The notes under the pieces: generated by a model | Database searches by the model: none | Seen by the model: the letters and a program-made list of their open reading frames with translations, nothing else | Told to the model about the DNA's origin: nothing | From: Anaeramoeba ignava BMAN | Taxonomy: Eukaryota; Protista; Anaeramoebae | DNA length: 64,000 nucleotides | Direction of reading: 5' to 3' | NCBI GenBank assembly: GCA_028826165.1 | Contig: JAPDFW010000064.1 | Coordinates: forward strand, 434,001 to 498,000 | Shown: positions 36,308 through 48,493 of the stretch, in pieces | Layout: the number at the start of each line of letters is the position of its first letter | Position numbering within the stretch: the stretch's first letter is position 1 | Made by a program: the position numbers and the translations under genes

Positions 36308-39300
36308 TTAGATTAAACCAATTTTTTTCAAAGCAGGTAATACAATTATGAGAGTTAAACAAATACAACAAGAACAAAGACAACAGAAAACCTTTCCACG
36401 ATGACTTTTCCAACCGAATTTGAACCATTTATCTACTCTCCAAGGAGCAAAATTAAAATAATTGAAATTAGGACGAATCTTTTTTGAAATTAAAATTAAA
36501 ATTAAAATTAAAATTAAAATTAAAATTAAAATTAAAATTAAAATTGATTTGAAAATTAAAATTAAAATTGATTTTCAAAATTAAAATTAAAATTAAAATT
36601 AAAATTAAAATTGATTTGAAAATTGATTTGAAAATTAATTTGAAAATTGATTTGAAAATTGATTTGAAAATTGATTTGAAAATTAAATATTTTACAGGTT
36701 GATCAAGATGAGGATGATCATTTGGTTCCTTTCTTCCTTTCCCAACAGGCTTAGCTAAAGCCTCAGCTTCAGTCAACAAATCAATTTGCAATTCCAAACT
36801 ACCTTGTTTACCTTGAAAATTAGGATGAAACATATCAATCCATTGTTTTTTAATATTTTGTTCAGATTTGAGCCTATAAGCTTTCTTAAAGAAAGAATGA
36901 AGATTAAGAACAGCCTCAGCAATACTATCATTAGGATTAAGAATATCTTGATCCCAAAGTTGGAATTTGAATCTCGGGACTCTAGTAGGGAGCTGTAAAG
37001 GAAAAACAAATCTCCAATTAAAAGCGCCATTTCCATCAGTACTTCTCCAATGAATATCACTTTTTTGCCTCTTGCCTTCGTTCAGCTGACACGTGATAAA
37101 AATATCGCTCATGCGTTTGTCTTTAAACACTACATCCTTTGTATTCCATGCAACCGCTCTGAGCTCAAAAGACTCAGGTTTTGGTGCCTCTAGTGGTGTT
37201 TTCGGTGTGTTGCGCGCTTCCTCTTCAGTTAAGATCTCAATCCACATCTCAAGCTTACCCTGTGGGTTGCGAGAAGTTGGTGCCCATAATGTGCGGTATT
37301 CAATAGGCTTGGGATTCATATTCTTCCACTCATCGCAGAACCATCTGTTTTCAAGATCTATAGTTGTCACTCCGATAAGATCATCTGAAGTAATTTTATC
37401 ATAATCATAAACAGAGATTTTCAACTCAGAGTTTCCTGGAATAAAACAAGGCAACTCATAGCACTTGTAGAAATCAGGACGAAGTGTTTTTGGATGATAG
37501 TTTTCTCGATCGCTAAAATTGAACTCATCATCTTTTCCTGTTGAAACAACAATAAAAGGATCGCTGCTTCCGTTTGGATCTTTTGGAACAAGTGACATCC
37601 CGCGCAGAATGTAAGCCCGAACTACCATTCTCTTAGGCCGAAATAGATCTTTTAAATTTGGTTCGGCTTCAATTTTTTCTTTATCTGTTTCCTCGTAAAT
37701 TTTAAAGTTTCCCTTGAATTTTCCAACAACTCTTTTTGTGTTTGGATTCAGAGATTTGTCGCGGAACATCTTCTCAAAGAACGTTAATCCGCGCACTTTG
37801 CCTCTACTAAGCTCGTACTCCAAAAACGGGATGTCTTTCAATTCGTGCTCGAGTTCATGCTGACATTTGGGCTTTCCTTTTTTCGGATCTTTGAATGGAT
37901 CTTCATCCTCGTTATCTTCAATTTCGAGAGGGTCATCATCACTGAATTGGGGCCGTTGCGGATCGACATCAGGAATAGTTCTCATTCCGACAAATCCGCC
38001 GGCACTTGGACGGTTATCGAAGACAATTGCATCTTCAAATTCTTCATTAACTTCTTCGATATTAATTGGAATCTCATCCGGAATGATTTTGATTTCCTTC
38101 TGCTCTTCTTCTGTGTCTTCATCAAGAGGTTCTCCGTCTTTTGTAGCGCCGGGTATAGTGTCCACAATAGGGGGCAAATTGACATTTTCTAACGGAACAT
38201 TTGCCCACGGTATAAATTGAGCAAGAGAAATTGCGCCTGTCGCAATTGTTTTTTTTCCGAGTGACTTTTTATCGAAAACACGGAGCATTACAGATGAAGC
38301 AAAAATATGATTCAAAGGGATTTTGACAGGTGCGCGGAAAACCTGAAGATGGTTGGGATTTGATCCTGAGGGTGCGGCAGAGGGTTCGGTTGTAAAGGTG
38401 AATTTCTTCCTTTCCTTGTCCTTTTGCACTGTTCCTTGTGAGAGATCAAATTCAATATAAGGTTCTTTTATTCTACTCATTTTGAACGGCAACAATCCTC
38501 GCAAACCGACAACAGAAACTTGAAGAAGACAGTCTTTGAATTCAGGAGCAATTGATTTAGGGAGAGGATAAGCGCTGATTTCTTCGACAGGGACAAGTTG
38601 AAAAGAAGCCAAAACGCTGCCGTAAATAATGGAAGGATCGTCGACCCAAAGGTCGTACCATTTTGGTGCTGGAGGGAAACGCTTAGAAAGTTGCGAGGTC
38701 TTTACAGAGAATCTTCCGAGGAAGTCATCGCCACCAATTTGATCCCAGTCGTAGCATAATACAACAACATCAGGCGCGAGATTTAATGGCTCGGGAAGAT
38801 CGACTTGAAAGGTGACAATTTCGTACCAAGTTGGATATAATGTTTCCTCCTTTCGTGAGGTCTTTTTGGCAGTTTTCCCGATTCGAACCACACAGTATGG
38901 ATCTGATAATCCTGTTTTATCTGCAGGCGGGAGATCCTTTCCTTGGTAGATATACGCCCGAAACTCGTATTTTTTTGTCACAGGCTGAGAAAGTTTTACT
39001 CGTGGATATTTTGCTATTGTTGTAGCTTTTCCTGCATCAATTCGATAAAGTAGAAACCCAGGTATTCTTTCTGATTTATATGCAGGCGATTTCTTGTCTG
39101 GTTCCAACATGCTCCATCTTGGTGTATTATTGACAGAATTGATTTCCTCGAATTTATAACGAACAAATCCCACTCGTGCCTTCCCAAGCATTTTGTTTTT
39201 GAAATATACATTAATGAACAAATCCGGAATCTGTGTTATATCTGCTGGGAATTCAACAACAAAATCCTTTAACTGTTCGTACCAACTGACGGTTCCTTTT

Positions 39301-42300
39301 TTTGTGGAAAGTGTTTTACTTCTGATCAAATTTTTTCCGATAGAAAGTTCGACAAAACAATTTTCCAACGCGTTTGTATCGAATTCATTACCCTCGAATA
39401 AATCAAACCGAATCACATATTTCTCGACTTGAGGTTCTTTGCAAGAATTAGAAGGAGAAGCTTCCAAAACAGGGTTTTCATAAGGTGTTGCTTGGAGCGC
39501 AAGTAACGCTCTTCCTTTATACTCTGTTTCCTCAGTATGACCTTTTTTGAACATTGTTCTCATATTGCCTTTTGGTGGTCCATAGAAGTTAACCCATCTT
39601 GGTGAGACGGTTTGCATTTGCACGTCAGAAAATCTGAAGTAAGTACTTGAGATAAGATCGTTATTTTTGGATGATCTTTCCCAATCAAATAACTTGATCT
39701 CAATTGAGTTTGACAGGCTTGGCACATAAGCTGGAAGACGCAATTCCTCGTTCCAAACAGGTGTGAAGGTCTTCTTCTTAACTTTTGTTCTTAATAATTT
39801 ATTTCCACCAAAATGAGCTTCGATAAAAGGATCAACTTTTCCAAAAGTATCCATTTTAGGTAAATCTTCAGCGCGGTAACAAAATATACTCAGTTGATAT
39901 CCTACAATATCAAGTTGTGGTGGGCGCAGAATCAGTGATTGTAGATCTTGAGGTTTATCTGGCTCTTCTTTTTCGGCATCATCGTCAAGATCATCGTTTT
40001 CGTGAGTTGGTGATTCGTCTCCTGGTCCTAAAACTGTGCATGAAAATTTAATGAATCCTTGTGCTCCGGTTTCTTTTTCTGGATTGATTATAATTGCCCA
40101 ACGATGCCAGATTTCATGACCTTTTTCTCCGTGAACAAATGGTATATCGAGACCGTATTGTCCCTAATTTTTGACATTTTAATTTAAATATTTATATTTA
40201 TATTTATATTTTTATATTTATATTTATATTTATATTTATATTATTTATATTTATATTTTTAAATATTTATATTTATATTTTAAATATTTATATTTATATT
40301 TTAAATATTTATATTTATATTTATATTTATATTTATATTTATATTTATATTTATATTTAGATTTATATTTATATTTATATTGATATTTATATTTATATTT
40401 ATATTTATATTTATATTTATATTTATATTTATATTTATATTTATATTTATATTTATATTTATATTTATATTTATATTTATATTTATATTTATATTTATAT
40501 TTATATTTTAAATATTTATATTTATATTTATATTTATATTTATATTTATATTTATATTTATATTTATATTTATATTTATATTTATATTTATATTTATATT
40601 TATATTTATATTTATATTTATATTTATATTTATATTTATATTTATATTTTAAATATTTATATTTATATTTTAAATATTTATATTTATATTTTAAATATTT
40701 ATATTTATATTTTAAATATTTATATTTATATTTTAAATATTTATATTTATATTTTAAATATTTATATTTATATTTATATTTATATTTATATTTATATTTA
40801 TAATTATATTTATATTTATATTTATATTTATATTTATTTTTATTTTTATATTTTTGATTTGAATAATATTTTACAATTAAAACATTTCTTCGAATTGTGT
40901 TAGAATCATAAATTTGTATCAAAACTGTTTTAGATTGTGTTTCTTCTGGTTTCCATTTGTTTTCAAAAAACATTAAATGATCAAAAGTACAAGATAATGT
41001 ATTTTTAAAAACTTCTGTAGTTTGTTTTTTTCCATCTACAGAAACAACTCCTACTGGATCACTAAGTGCATTTGAACCTCTAAGATATTTAAATAAATTT
41101 AATAATATAAATATTAAATATTTAATTTGATATTTAATAATATAAATATTAAATATTTAATTTGATATTTAATAATATAAATATTAAATATTTAATTAAA
41201 TTTAATAATATAAATATTAAATATTTAATTTTATATTTAATAATATAAATATTAAGTATTTAATTATATTTAATAATATAAATATTAAATATTTAATTAA
41301 ATTTAATAATATAAATATTAAATATTTAATTAAACTTAATAATATAAATATTAAATATTTATATAATTAAATATCAATTAAATATTTAATTAAATTTAAT
41401 AATATAAATATTAAATATTTAATTTTGTGTTTAATTTTATATTTAATTTTATATTGAATTTTATATTTAATTTTGTGTTTAATTTTGTGTTTAATTTGAT
41501 ATTTAATTTGATATTGAATTTGATATTTAATTTGATATTTAATTTGATATTTAATTAAATATTTAATTTGATATTTAATTTGATATTGAATTTGATATTT
41601 AATAAATATAAATATTAAATATTTAATTAAATTTAATAATATAAATATTAAATATTTAATTTGATATTTAATAATATAAATATTAAATATTTAAATAAAT
41701 TTAATAATATAAATATTAAGTATTTAATTTGATATTTAATAATATAAATATTAAATATTTAATTGAATTTAATAATATAAATATTAAATATTTAAATAAA
41801 TTTAATAATATAAATATTAAATATTTAAATAAATTTAATAATATAAATATTAAATATTTAATTTTAAATTTAATAAATATAAATATTAAATATTTAATTT
41901 TATATTTAATAATATAAATATTAAATATTTAATTTGATATTTAATAATATAAATATTAAATATTTAATTAAATTTAATAATATAAATATTAAATATTTAA
42001 TTTGATATTTAATAATATAGATATTAAATATTTAATTTGATATTTAATAATATAAATATTAAATATTTAATTTGATATTTAATAATATAAATATTAAATA
42101 TTTAATTGATATTTAATAATATAAATATTAAATATTTAATTTGATATTTAATAATATAAATATTAAATATTTTATTTGATATTTAATAATATAAATATTA
42201 AATATTTAATTTAAATTTAATAATATAAATATTAAATATTTAATTTTTGTGTTTAATTGAATTTGATATTTAATTTTGATATTTAATTTTTATATTTAAT

Positions 42301-42839
42301 TTTATATTTAATTTTTGTGTTTAATTTGATATTTAAATATTAAAATAAATTTAATTTGATATTTAATAATATAAATATTAAATATTTAATTTGATATTTA
42401 ATAATATAAATATTAAATATTTAATTAAATTTAATAATATAAATATTAAATATTTAATTTGATATTGAATTTGATATTTAATTTTATATTTAATTTTATA
42501 TTTAATTTTATATTTAATTTTATGTTTAATTTGATATTTAATTTGATATTTAATTTTATATTTAATTTGATGTTTAATTTGATATTTATATTTGTGTTTA
42601 ATTTTATATTTAATTTTAAATTGAATTCGGAAATCTTTTTATTAGGGAATTTAAAAGCAAAAAAAAATTTTTTAATTTTAAATTAAATTAAATTATTTTT
42701 TGCTTTTAAATATTAAGAAAAAAAAATTTTAATTTATTTACTTTCCCTTAAGTTCTCTACATTCAATAAGATGTAATCTGATTTGAAAATCTGTTTTTCC
42801 AGTTGAATCAAGATGTTTAGGATCAACTTTTATTGACAT
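36308..42839 (-). CDS. Ferlin (multi-C2, tail-anchored; no DysF seen), 4 exons, ~1313 aa
   Basis: Exons 42839-42742, 41079-40875, 40163-36696 and 36478-36308. Motifs VLGPGDE (FerI), [63 protein letters not shown] and [10 protein letters not shown]. The C-terminus is hydrophobic and Cys-rich. Confidence 0.92.
36485..36690. repeat. (AAAATT)/(GAAAATTGATTT) repeat in ferlin intron 3
   Basis: Lies inside intron 36479-36695. Confidence 0.85.
40185..40855. repeat. (TATATT)n microsatellite in ferlin intron 2
   Basis: Lies inside intron 40164-40874. Confidence 0.92.
41085..42620. repeat. ~35-bp minisatellite (AATATTTAATTTGATATTTAATAATATAAATATTA) plus 12-bp subarrays in ferlin intron 1
   Basis: Lies inside intron 41080-42741. 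Confidence 0.88.
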
Positions 42840-43198
42840 TTTATTAGGAAAAGAAAGAAGAAAAGAAAAAAGAAAAAATGAAATTTTAGATGAAGAATTT
42901 TTTCAAATAAAAAAAATTTTTTTATAATTTATTTTAAAGTAAAATATTAATTTTAAAAACTTATTTGATAAAACTCTTATTATAAAATAAACTTAAATAT
43001 TAAAATAGAATCAAAATAATAAACTTTTTAAAAAATTTCTCCTTTTTTAAATTAAAAAGTGGAAAAATTTAATTTTTTTTTCATTTTTTTCTCCCTTCTT
43101 TTTAATAAAAATTTTTTTTCTTCTTTTTTTTTTTTTTATTAATTAAATTAATTTAAATTAACAAAAAACCAAAAAAAAAAACAAAAAACAAAAGCAAA

Positions 43199-46100
43199 AT
43201 GAATGATAAGCAAAGCAATAATTCAATCAAGTTTGTTTATTTATTTATATTTATATTTTCTTCCTTTTTTTTTATAATAAATTCCAAAACACAAAAATAA
43301 AAACAATTTATTAATTAATTTAATAATTTATTGATTAAAAAAAATTTAAATTTTTAAATTAAACTTTTTTTAACGTTTTCTTTTTTCTTTTTTTTTTTCT
43401 TTTTCTTTTTTATTAAATTAGAAATAAAAATCCAAATCTAATTCAAATTCCTCAAGAATTTTTACTTGAATTAAATCAACAACAAATTAAAAATCCAAAA
43501 ATAATTTCAAAATTTAATGGACTTATGCAAAAATATCAAAATAACCAATTAAACATTGAATCATTTCTTTTTAAAGGAAAAGAACTTTTTCAACAAGATA
43601 AAAATTTAATTGAAAAATTTGAAAAAATTGTAGAAAAAGAAATTAATAAAGAATTAAATCCATCAAACCAAAACGAAAAAGAATTAATCACAAATTTAAA
43701 AAACTCATTTCAAAATGACAAAAAATCCTTGAATTCATTTGAGCTTTTATTAGACCAATTTCAAAACAATAAAATTCCTGAATATTCATTTAGAAAAGAA
43801 ATGTTTGAAATTTTTCAAGAAAATAGAACTTTATTAGATATGATTGATTCTTTAATTACCATTCAAACAGATAAATGGAAAGAGATGCAAACAGAGGATT
43901 CTAACAACAAAAAACAACTCAAGAAAGAAGAAGAAAACAAACAAGAAAGAGGAGGTTTATCAAATACACAAAAACAAAACGAGGAATCACCAACTCATCC
44001 AAATCCAAAAAGACCTCGAACTAAAAAAGCAACTCCAAAAAAAGTGAATTCAAGCAACACTACTAATACACAAACACCCAGAGGAAGACCTCCAAGAGGA
44101 AGAGGTGCGGGATCTTTATCTCGTCCTTCAAGAACACCGAAAACTCAACAACCAAAAAGAGTAGTTAGTAAAATCAATGAAAAGCAAATAAAACAAAAAC
44201 TTAATTCACAAATACTTGAAGATCCTTTGATAACTAAAGAAGAATTTGCTTATGAAGTTATTAAACCAAATCCTAATTCAATTCAAATTCAACCGTTTGG
44301 AAAAGATGAACTAAAAATAGACAATAAGGATTGGTTGATTGATAAAGATTTCAATGAATCTTTTAATCATAATTTAAAATTCAAAATTGAAAGATTGAAA
44401 AATTTACTTCAATTTCATTCAAGATTTGTTACTAATATGTTAGAAGTGTTGAAAATTATTGAAAGCATCCAAAATCAAAATCAAGAAAATCAAAATGAAG
44501 AAAATCAAATTTTGGATATTCAAAAAAGAATAAGCAAAATTGTTTTAAAAAAACAGAATTATCAAGTTATTCAATCATCTTTTTTTGAACAAACTGAACA
44601 TTATATTGGTCTTATGAAAAAAGATCCTTTATTATATCTTCCTTTTATTTTCCATCGTGTTGTTGATAATTTTGAACAATTAACTAAAATATATGAGAAT
44701 TTAAGAAATGAATGGAACAGAAATATCGAGAAAAACTTTAGAGAATGGAATGATTTTTATAGCTTTTCTTTTTATTCGTTTTGTGAAGAATATTACAATG
44801 AACGAAGTAAAAATTCAATTTAAAATTTAAAATTCAATTTAAAATTTAAAATTAAAATTCATTTTTTTAGATACTTTATCGAAAATTAATCTCAAAAATT
44901 CATCTATAAATCATATTTATCATGATTTATCAATTTTTGAACAAATAAGTTTGTTACTCAAAAATATTGAAAAGAATTTTACTCAAATCAAAGATATTTT
45001 AAGCAACAAAAAAAATCCACAATCGATTAAAGAACATTTAACTCCATTTTATTATTATCTTTATGGGAAATTTTTCAATGATTCTCGAAAAAATAATCAA
45101 GAAGAAAATAACAATAATAATAATAAAAATGAGAACGAAAACAAAAACGAAAATGAAAATGAAAATGAAAATGAAAATGAAAACAAAAATGAGAACGAAA
45201 ACAAAAATGATATTGAGAATGATATTGAGAATGAAAATGATATTGAGAATGTAATTGAAATTGAAAATGATATTGAAAATGAAAATGATATTGGATTAGA
45301 TAATGAATCATTTAAACCTAAATTCCGAGAATTACAAAATCTTTTTGAAAATTTTTTGTTCTTCTTTTTATTTAAATATCAAAAAGTAAATAAAGAGAAT
45401 TCTTCTGAAAAAAATGATAATGAATCAGATCAAAATACAGATTCAGAAATGGATACAGAATCAGATTCAAATCAAAATCAAAATCAAAATCAAAATCAAA
45501 ATCAAAATCAAAATCAAAATCAAATTGAAAATCAAACCAAAATCAAAATCAAAATCAAAATCAAAATTTAAATGGTAAATTAAAGAAAGAAAAAAAAAAT
45601 AATCTCATTTTTATTTAAAACTTCTAAAAAAAATTAATTAATAATTCTTCTTTTCTTTTCTTTTCTTTATTCTTATTTAGAAAATGAAATGTTTAATTTA
45701 GATCTTTCATCTCATATTAAATTAGTAATCAAAAATGAAACTGAAAATCAAAATCAAAAGAAAAACAAAAAGAAAAACAAAAAGAAAAATGATCCAAATA
45801 TAAATATTTTTTATGGTGAAAATCGTTTTTATCAATTCTTAATATTTTATCATTTATTATATTCTCAAATCATGGAAATCAAAAAAGAATTAAGTAATAA
45901 GAAATTCAGCAAATTTATGCAAAATATTGAACAATTATTTCAAAAATCCATTTCTAAAGAAAAATTTTTCTCAACTTCAGAACAAATTTTTGGAAATTTT
46001 AGTCGATTTTATTTATGGAAATTTATCAAAATTTTTGAACAATTTTGCATAAGAGGATTGAAATTAATCACAAGTCATAAAACACAAAAACTAATTGAAT

Positions 46101-46321
46101 TTTATCTCAGAAATGATTATGAAAATGATTATTTGCAAAATGTTAAAGAACTTTTGAATAATGAAGACATTTTCAAATTTACATCAAAAAAAATAATAAT
46201 TATTAAGGAAAATAATACAAATAGAAGAGGAAAAACAAATCAAGAAAAAAAAGAAGAAATTGAAATTCATCTTACAATTGATTTAATAAGAAAAAAAAAA
46301 GGAAAAGATTTAAAATTTTAA
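43199..46321 (+). CDS. SIN3: Divergent Sin3-like paired amphipathic helix co-repressor, 4 exons, one apparent frameshift near 45535
   Basis: Exons 43199-43230, 43422-44806, 44871-45574 and 45681-46321. Two PAH-like units (EFLLELNQ...KFNGLMQKYQNNQLNIESF...ELFQQDKNLIEKF), an HID-like region (KDPLLYLPFIFHRV...EWNR...WND), and a Sin3a_C-like IFYGENRFYQFLIFYHLLYSQI. Confidence 0.7.
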
Positions 46322-46517
46322 AAACAAAAACAAAAACAAAAACAAAAACAAAATTTAATCTTCTTTTTTTTTCAATTTAATTTTTTACTTTTAATTTTCA
46401 ATTTTAATTTTTTACTTTTAATTTTGCCATTTCCGATTAATTAATAAAACAAAATTATTTTTTTTTTTTTCATTTTTTTTTTACAAATCAAATTCAAAAT
46501 CAAAATCAAAATCAAAA

Positions 46518-47840
46518 ATGAAATCAAATTCAAATTCAAATTCAAAATCAAATTCAAAAATGAAATCAAATTCAAAATCAAATTCAAAATCAAGTGAAGA
46601 AGAAAAAAATCAAAGTAAAAAAAGATCTGAAAAAATAGAAGAAGAAATAAAAAACAAGAAACGTCAAAATGGAGAAGAAGAAAAAGAACTTGAAATTGAA
46701 AATGAAAATGAAAATAAAAATGAAAATGAAAATATAAATTTAATCGAAAATGAAAATGAAATCGAAAATGAAAATATAAATGAAGACGAATCAATTTATA
46801 AAGAAATTAAACCAAAACCTGCAAAAGTTCAAATATTTTCTAACTTTGAAATATCTCAATTAAATCAAGACTTATTTATTACTGCAATCTCATTTGATCA
46901 ATGGAAATATTTGGAATCAGAATTTTCTCATTCATCTACTTTTTATAAAAAAGAAGAACCAAAAAAACCAGAAATTCAAAAATCAACTTTTCCTGAAGAG
47001 TTTTGTTTGTCAATATTCACTTTCCTAAATGAAAACAACAGAGAATATCAAAACAAAGAAATTGTCGAAAACAATTATAAAAAAGGAAAAGTCAACTTCA
47101 ATTGTGTTGATGCGAAAAATAAAAACAATTTAGAAATCAAAATCAATTGGGAAAAATTGGAAATTTTTGATTTGGATTCTCAGTCAAAAAGATCATCATT
47201 AAATTTTCATGAATATCAATTTCTTGTGAACAAACATTCACCAAATCAAGCACTTGCTTTATTTCTCAGATACAATAAACTGCAAAATTTGTTGCTTGAA
47301 TTCTCAAATGAAAAATCAAGTCAACTATTTATTGAAGTAGTTCATTGCTATTTTAAACACTATTTAGAAAGAGCAAGAAAGAAAAACCAAAATGTTCAAT
47401 TGTTTTATAAATCGTTTTTTTATGATCCGAATATCAACAAGGATTCAATCCAAAAATTCAAAAAATTTGTCCAATTCAACAAAAAACTTGTTTCCATTTG
47501 TTTCGCTGTTAAAAAGGATTCTCAAGAAGTTCCTTCATATTTTCAAATTCATAAGAATATTTTCAAATTGTTTCTTGATGGAATTTTGTTAGCCAAAGAA
47601 AACATCAAAAATGTTGATTTAGCAATTACAGAAAATTCTCCAAAAGATATATTATTTTCAACAAGAAAAGGTAATTTTGTGCTTAGATTTGGTTCAATTC
47701 TTTTAAAGGATTTTGTATCAGAGATGTTTATTCAATTCCAAAACGAACTTTCACAAAATCCAGAAATTCCACAAAGCTTAAAAGCTCCAATTCCAAAATA
47801 TGATTTAAATTTTTCAAATATCACTGATATTGTGAACTAG
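46518..47840 (+). CDS. Hypothetical protein with a low-complexity S/N/E/K N-terminus and possibly PH-like C-terminal domains
   Basis: 440-aa ORF with an AAAATG start and an upstream TCATTTTT motif (46470). No family recognised. Confidence 0.75.
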   Translation: MKSNSNSNSKSNSKMKSNSKSNSKSSEEEKNQSKKRSEKIEEEIKNKKRQNGEEEKELEIENENENKNENENINLIENENEIENENINEDESIYKEIKPKPAKVQIFSNFEISQLNQDLFITAISFDQWKYLESEFSHSSTFYKKEEPKKPEIQKSTFPEEFCLSIFTFLNENNREYQNKEIVENNYKKGKVNFNCVDAKNKNNLEIKINWEKLEIFDLDSQSKRSSLNFHEYQFLVNKHSPNQALALFLRYNKLQNLLLEFSNEKSSQLFIEVVHCYFKHYLERARKKNQNVQLFYKSFFYDPNINKDSIQKFKKFVQFNKKLVSICFAVKKDSQEVPSYFQIHKNIFKLFLDGILLAKENIKNVDLAITENSPKDILFSTRKGNFVLRFGSILLKDFVSEMFIQFQNELSQNPEIPQSLKAPIPKYDLNFSNITDIVN

Positions 47841-48003
47841 GAAAATTTCCTTTTTTCTTTTTCCTTTTTCTTTTTCTTTTTTTTCTTTTAAAATTCCAAA
47901 TAAAATCCATCAATTCCAAATAAAATCATTTTTGTTTTAAATTGAATTCTTTTTAAAAATTTATTTATGATTCAAATTTTCTTTTTTTGATTTTGTTTTT
48001 TTT

Positions 48004-48375
48004 TTAAAAATTGGATATTTTTGGATAATTTTTCTTTTGAGCTGAATGTGACATTTTTCTTGATCCTAATTCTTTTTTTGCAGCTTCACTATTAATCCCT
48101 ATTTTTTCTAAAAACTTTTTATCATCTTTCTCAATTTCAGAAAGAGAACGATTTTGATCTTCAATTGTATCTCCTCCTTTCCAAACATTATCAAGTTTTG
48201 CTTCAATAATTTTTTTTTCAAATGATATTATTGTTTGTAAAAGTTTTTTTTTTGTTTCTTCAATTTCTCGTGAAGAAATATTTTCTTGTATTGTTTTATC
48301 TAATTTGGAATAGAAATTATTTGCAATTTTTTCAATTTCATTGAGTTCATCAAGAAGTTCTGGAATTTGATTCAT
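48004..48375 (-). CDS. Small helical hypothetical protein (~123 aa, starts MNQIPELL)
   Basis: The ORF track's first 24 codons are the T-rich promoter. The ATG at 48375 has AAAATG context, with TCATTTT motifs at 48408-48423. Confidence 0.65.
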   Translation of the reverse strand: MNQIPELLDELNEIEKIANNFYSKLDKTIQENISSREIEETKKKLLQTIISFEKKIIEAKLDNVWKGGDTIEDQNRSLSEIEKDDKKFLEKIGINSEAAKKELGSRKMSHSAQKKNYPKISNF

Positions 48376-48493
48376 TTTTAATTTTAAAAAAAATAAGATG
48401 AAAAAAATGAAAAAAAAAAATGAAAAAAATTTTTTAGTTTTTTTCATTTAAAAAATAAAAAATAAAAATAAAAAGGAAATTGGAAATAAATCA

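Noticed and set aside
27248-39432. Short antisense or alternate-frame ORFs within the BEACH and ferlin genes (likewise in the kinase and RNF213-like genes)
   Set aside because: Shadows of long coding frames, with no recognisable motifs.
48004-48375. Mediator Med11-like identity for the small helical protein
   Set aside because: Only a vague LxELNEIEK similarity; not supportable without a profile search.
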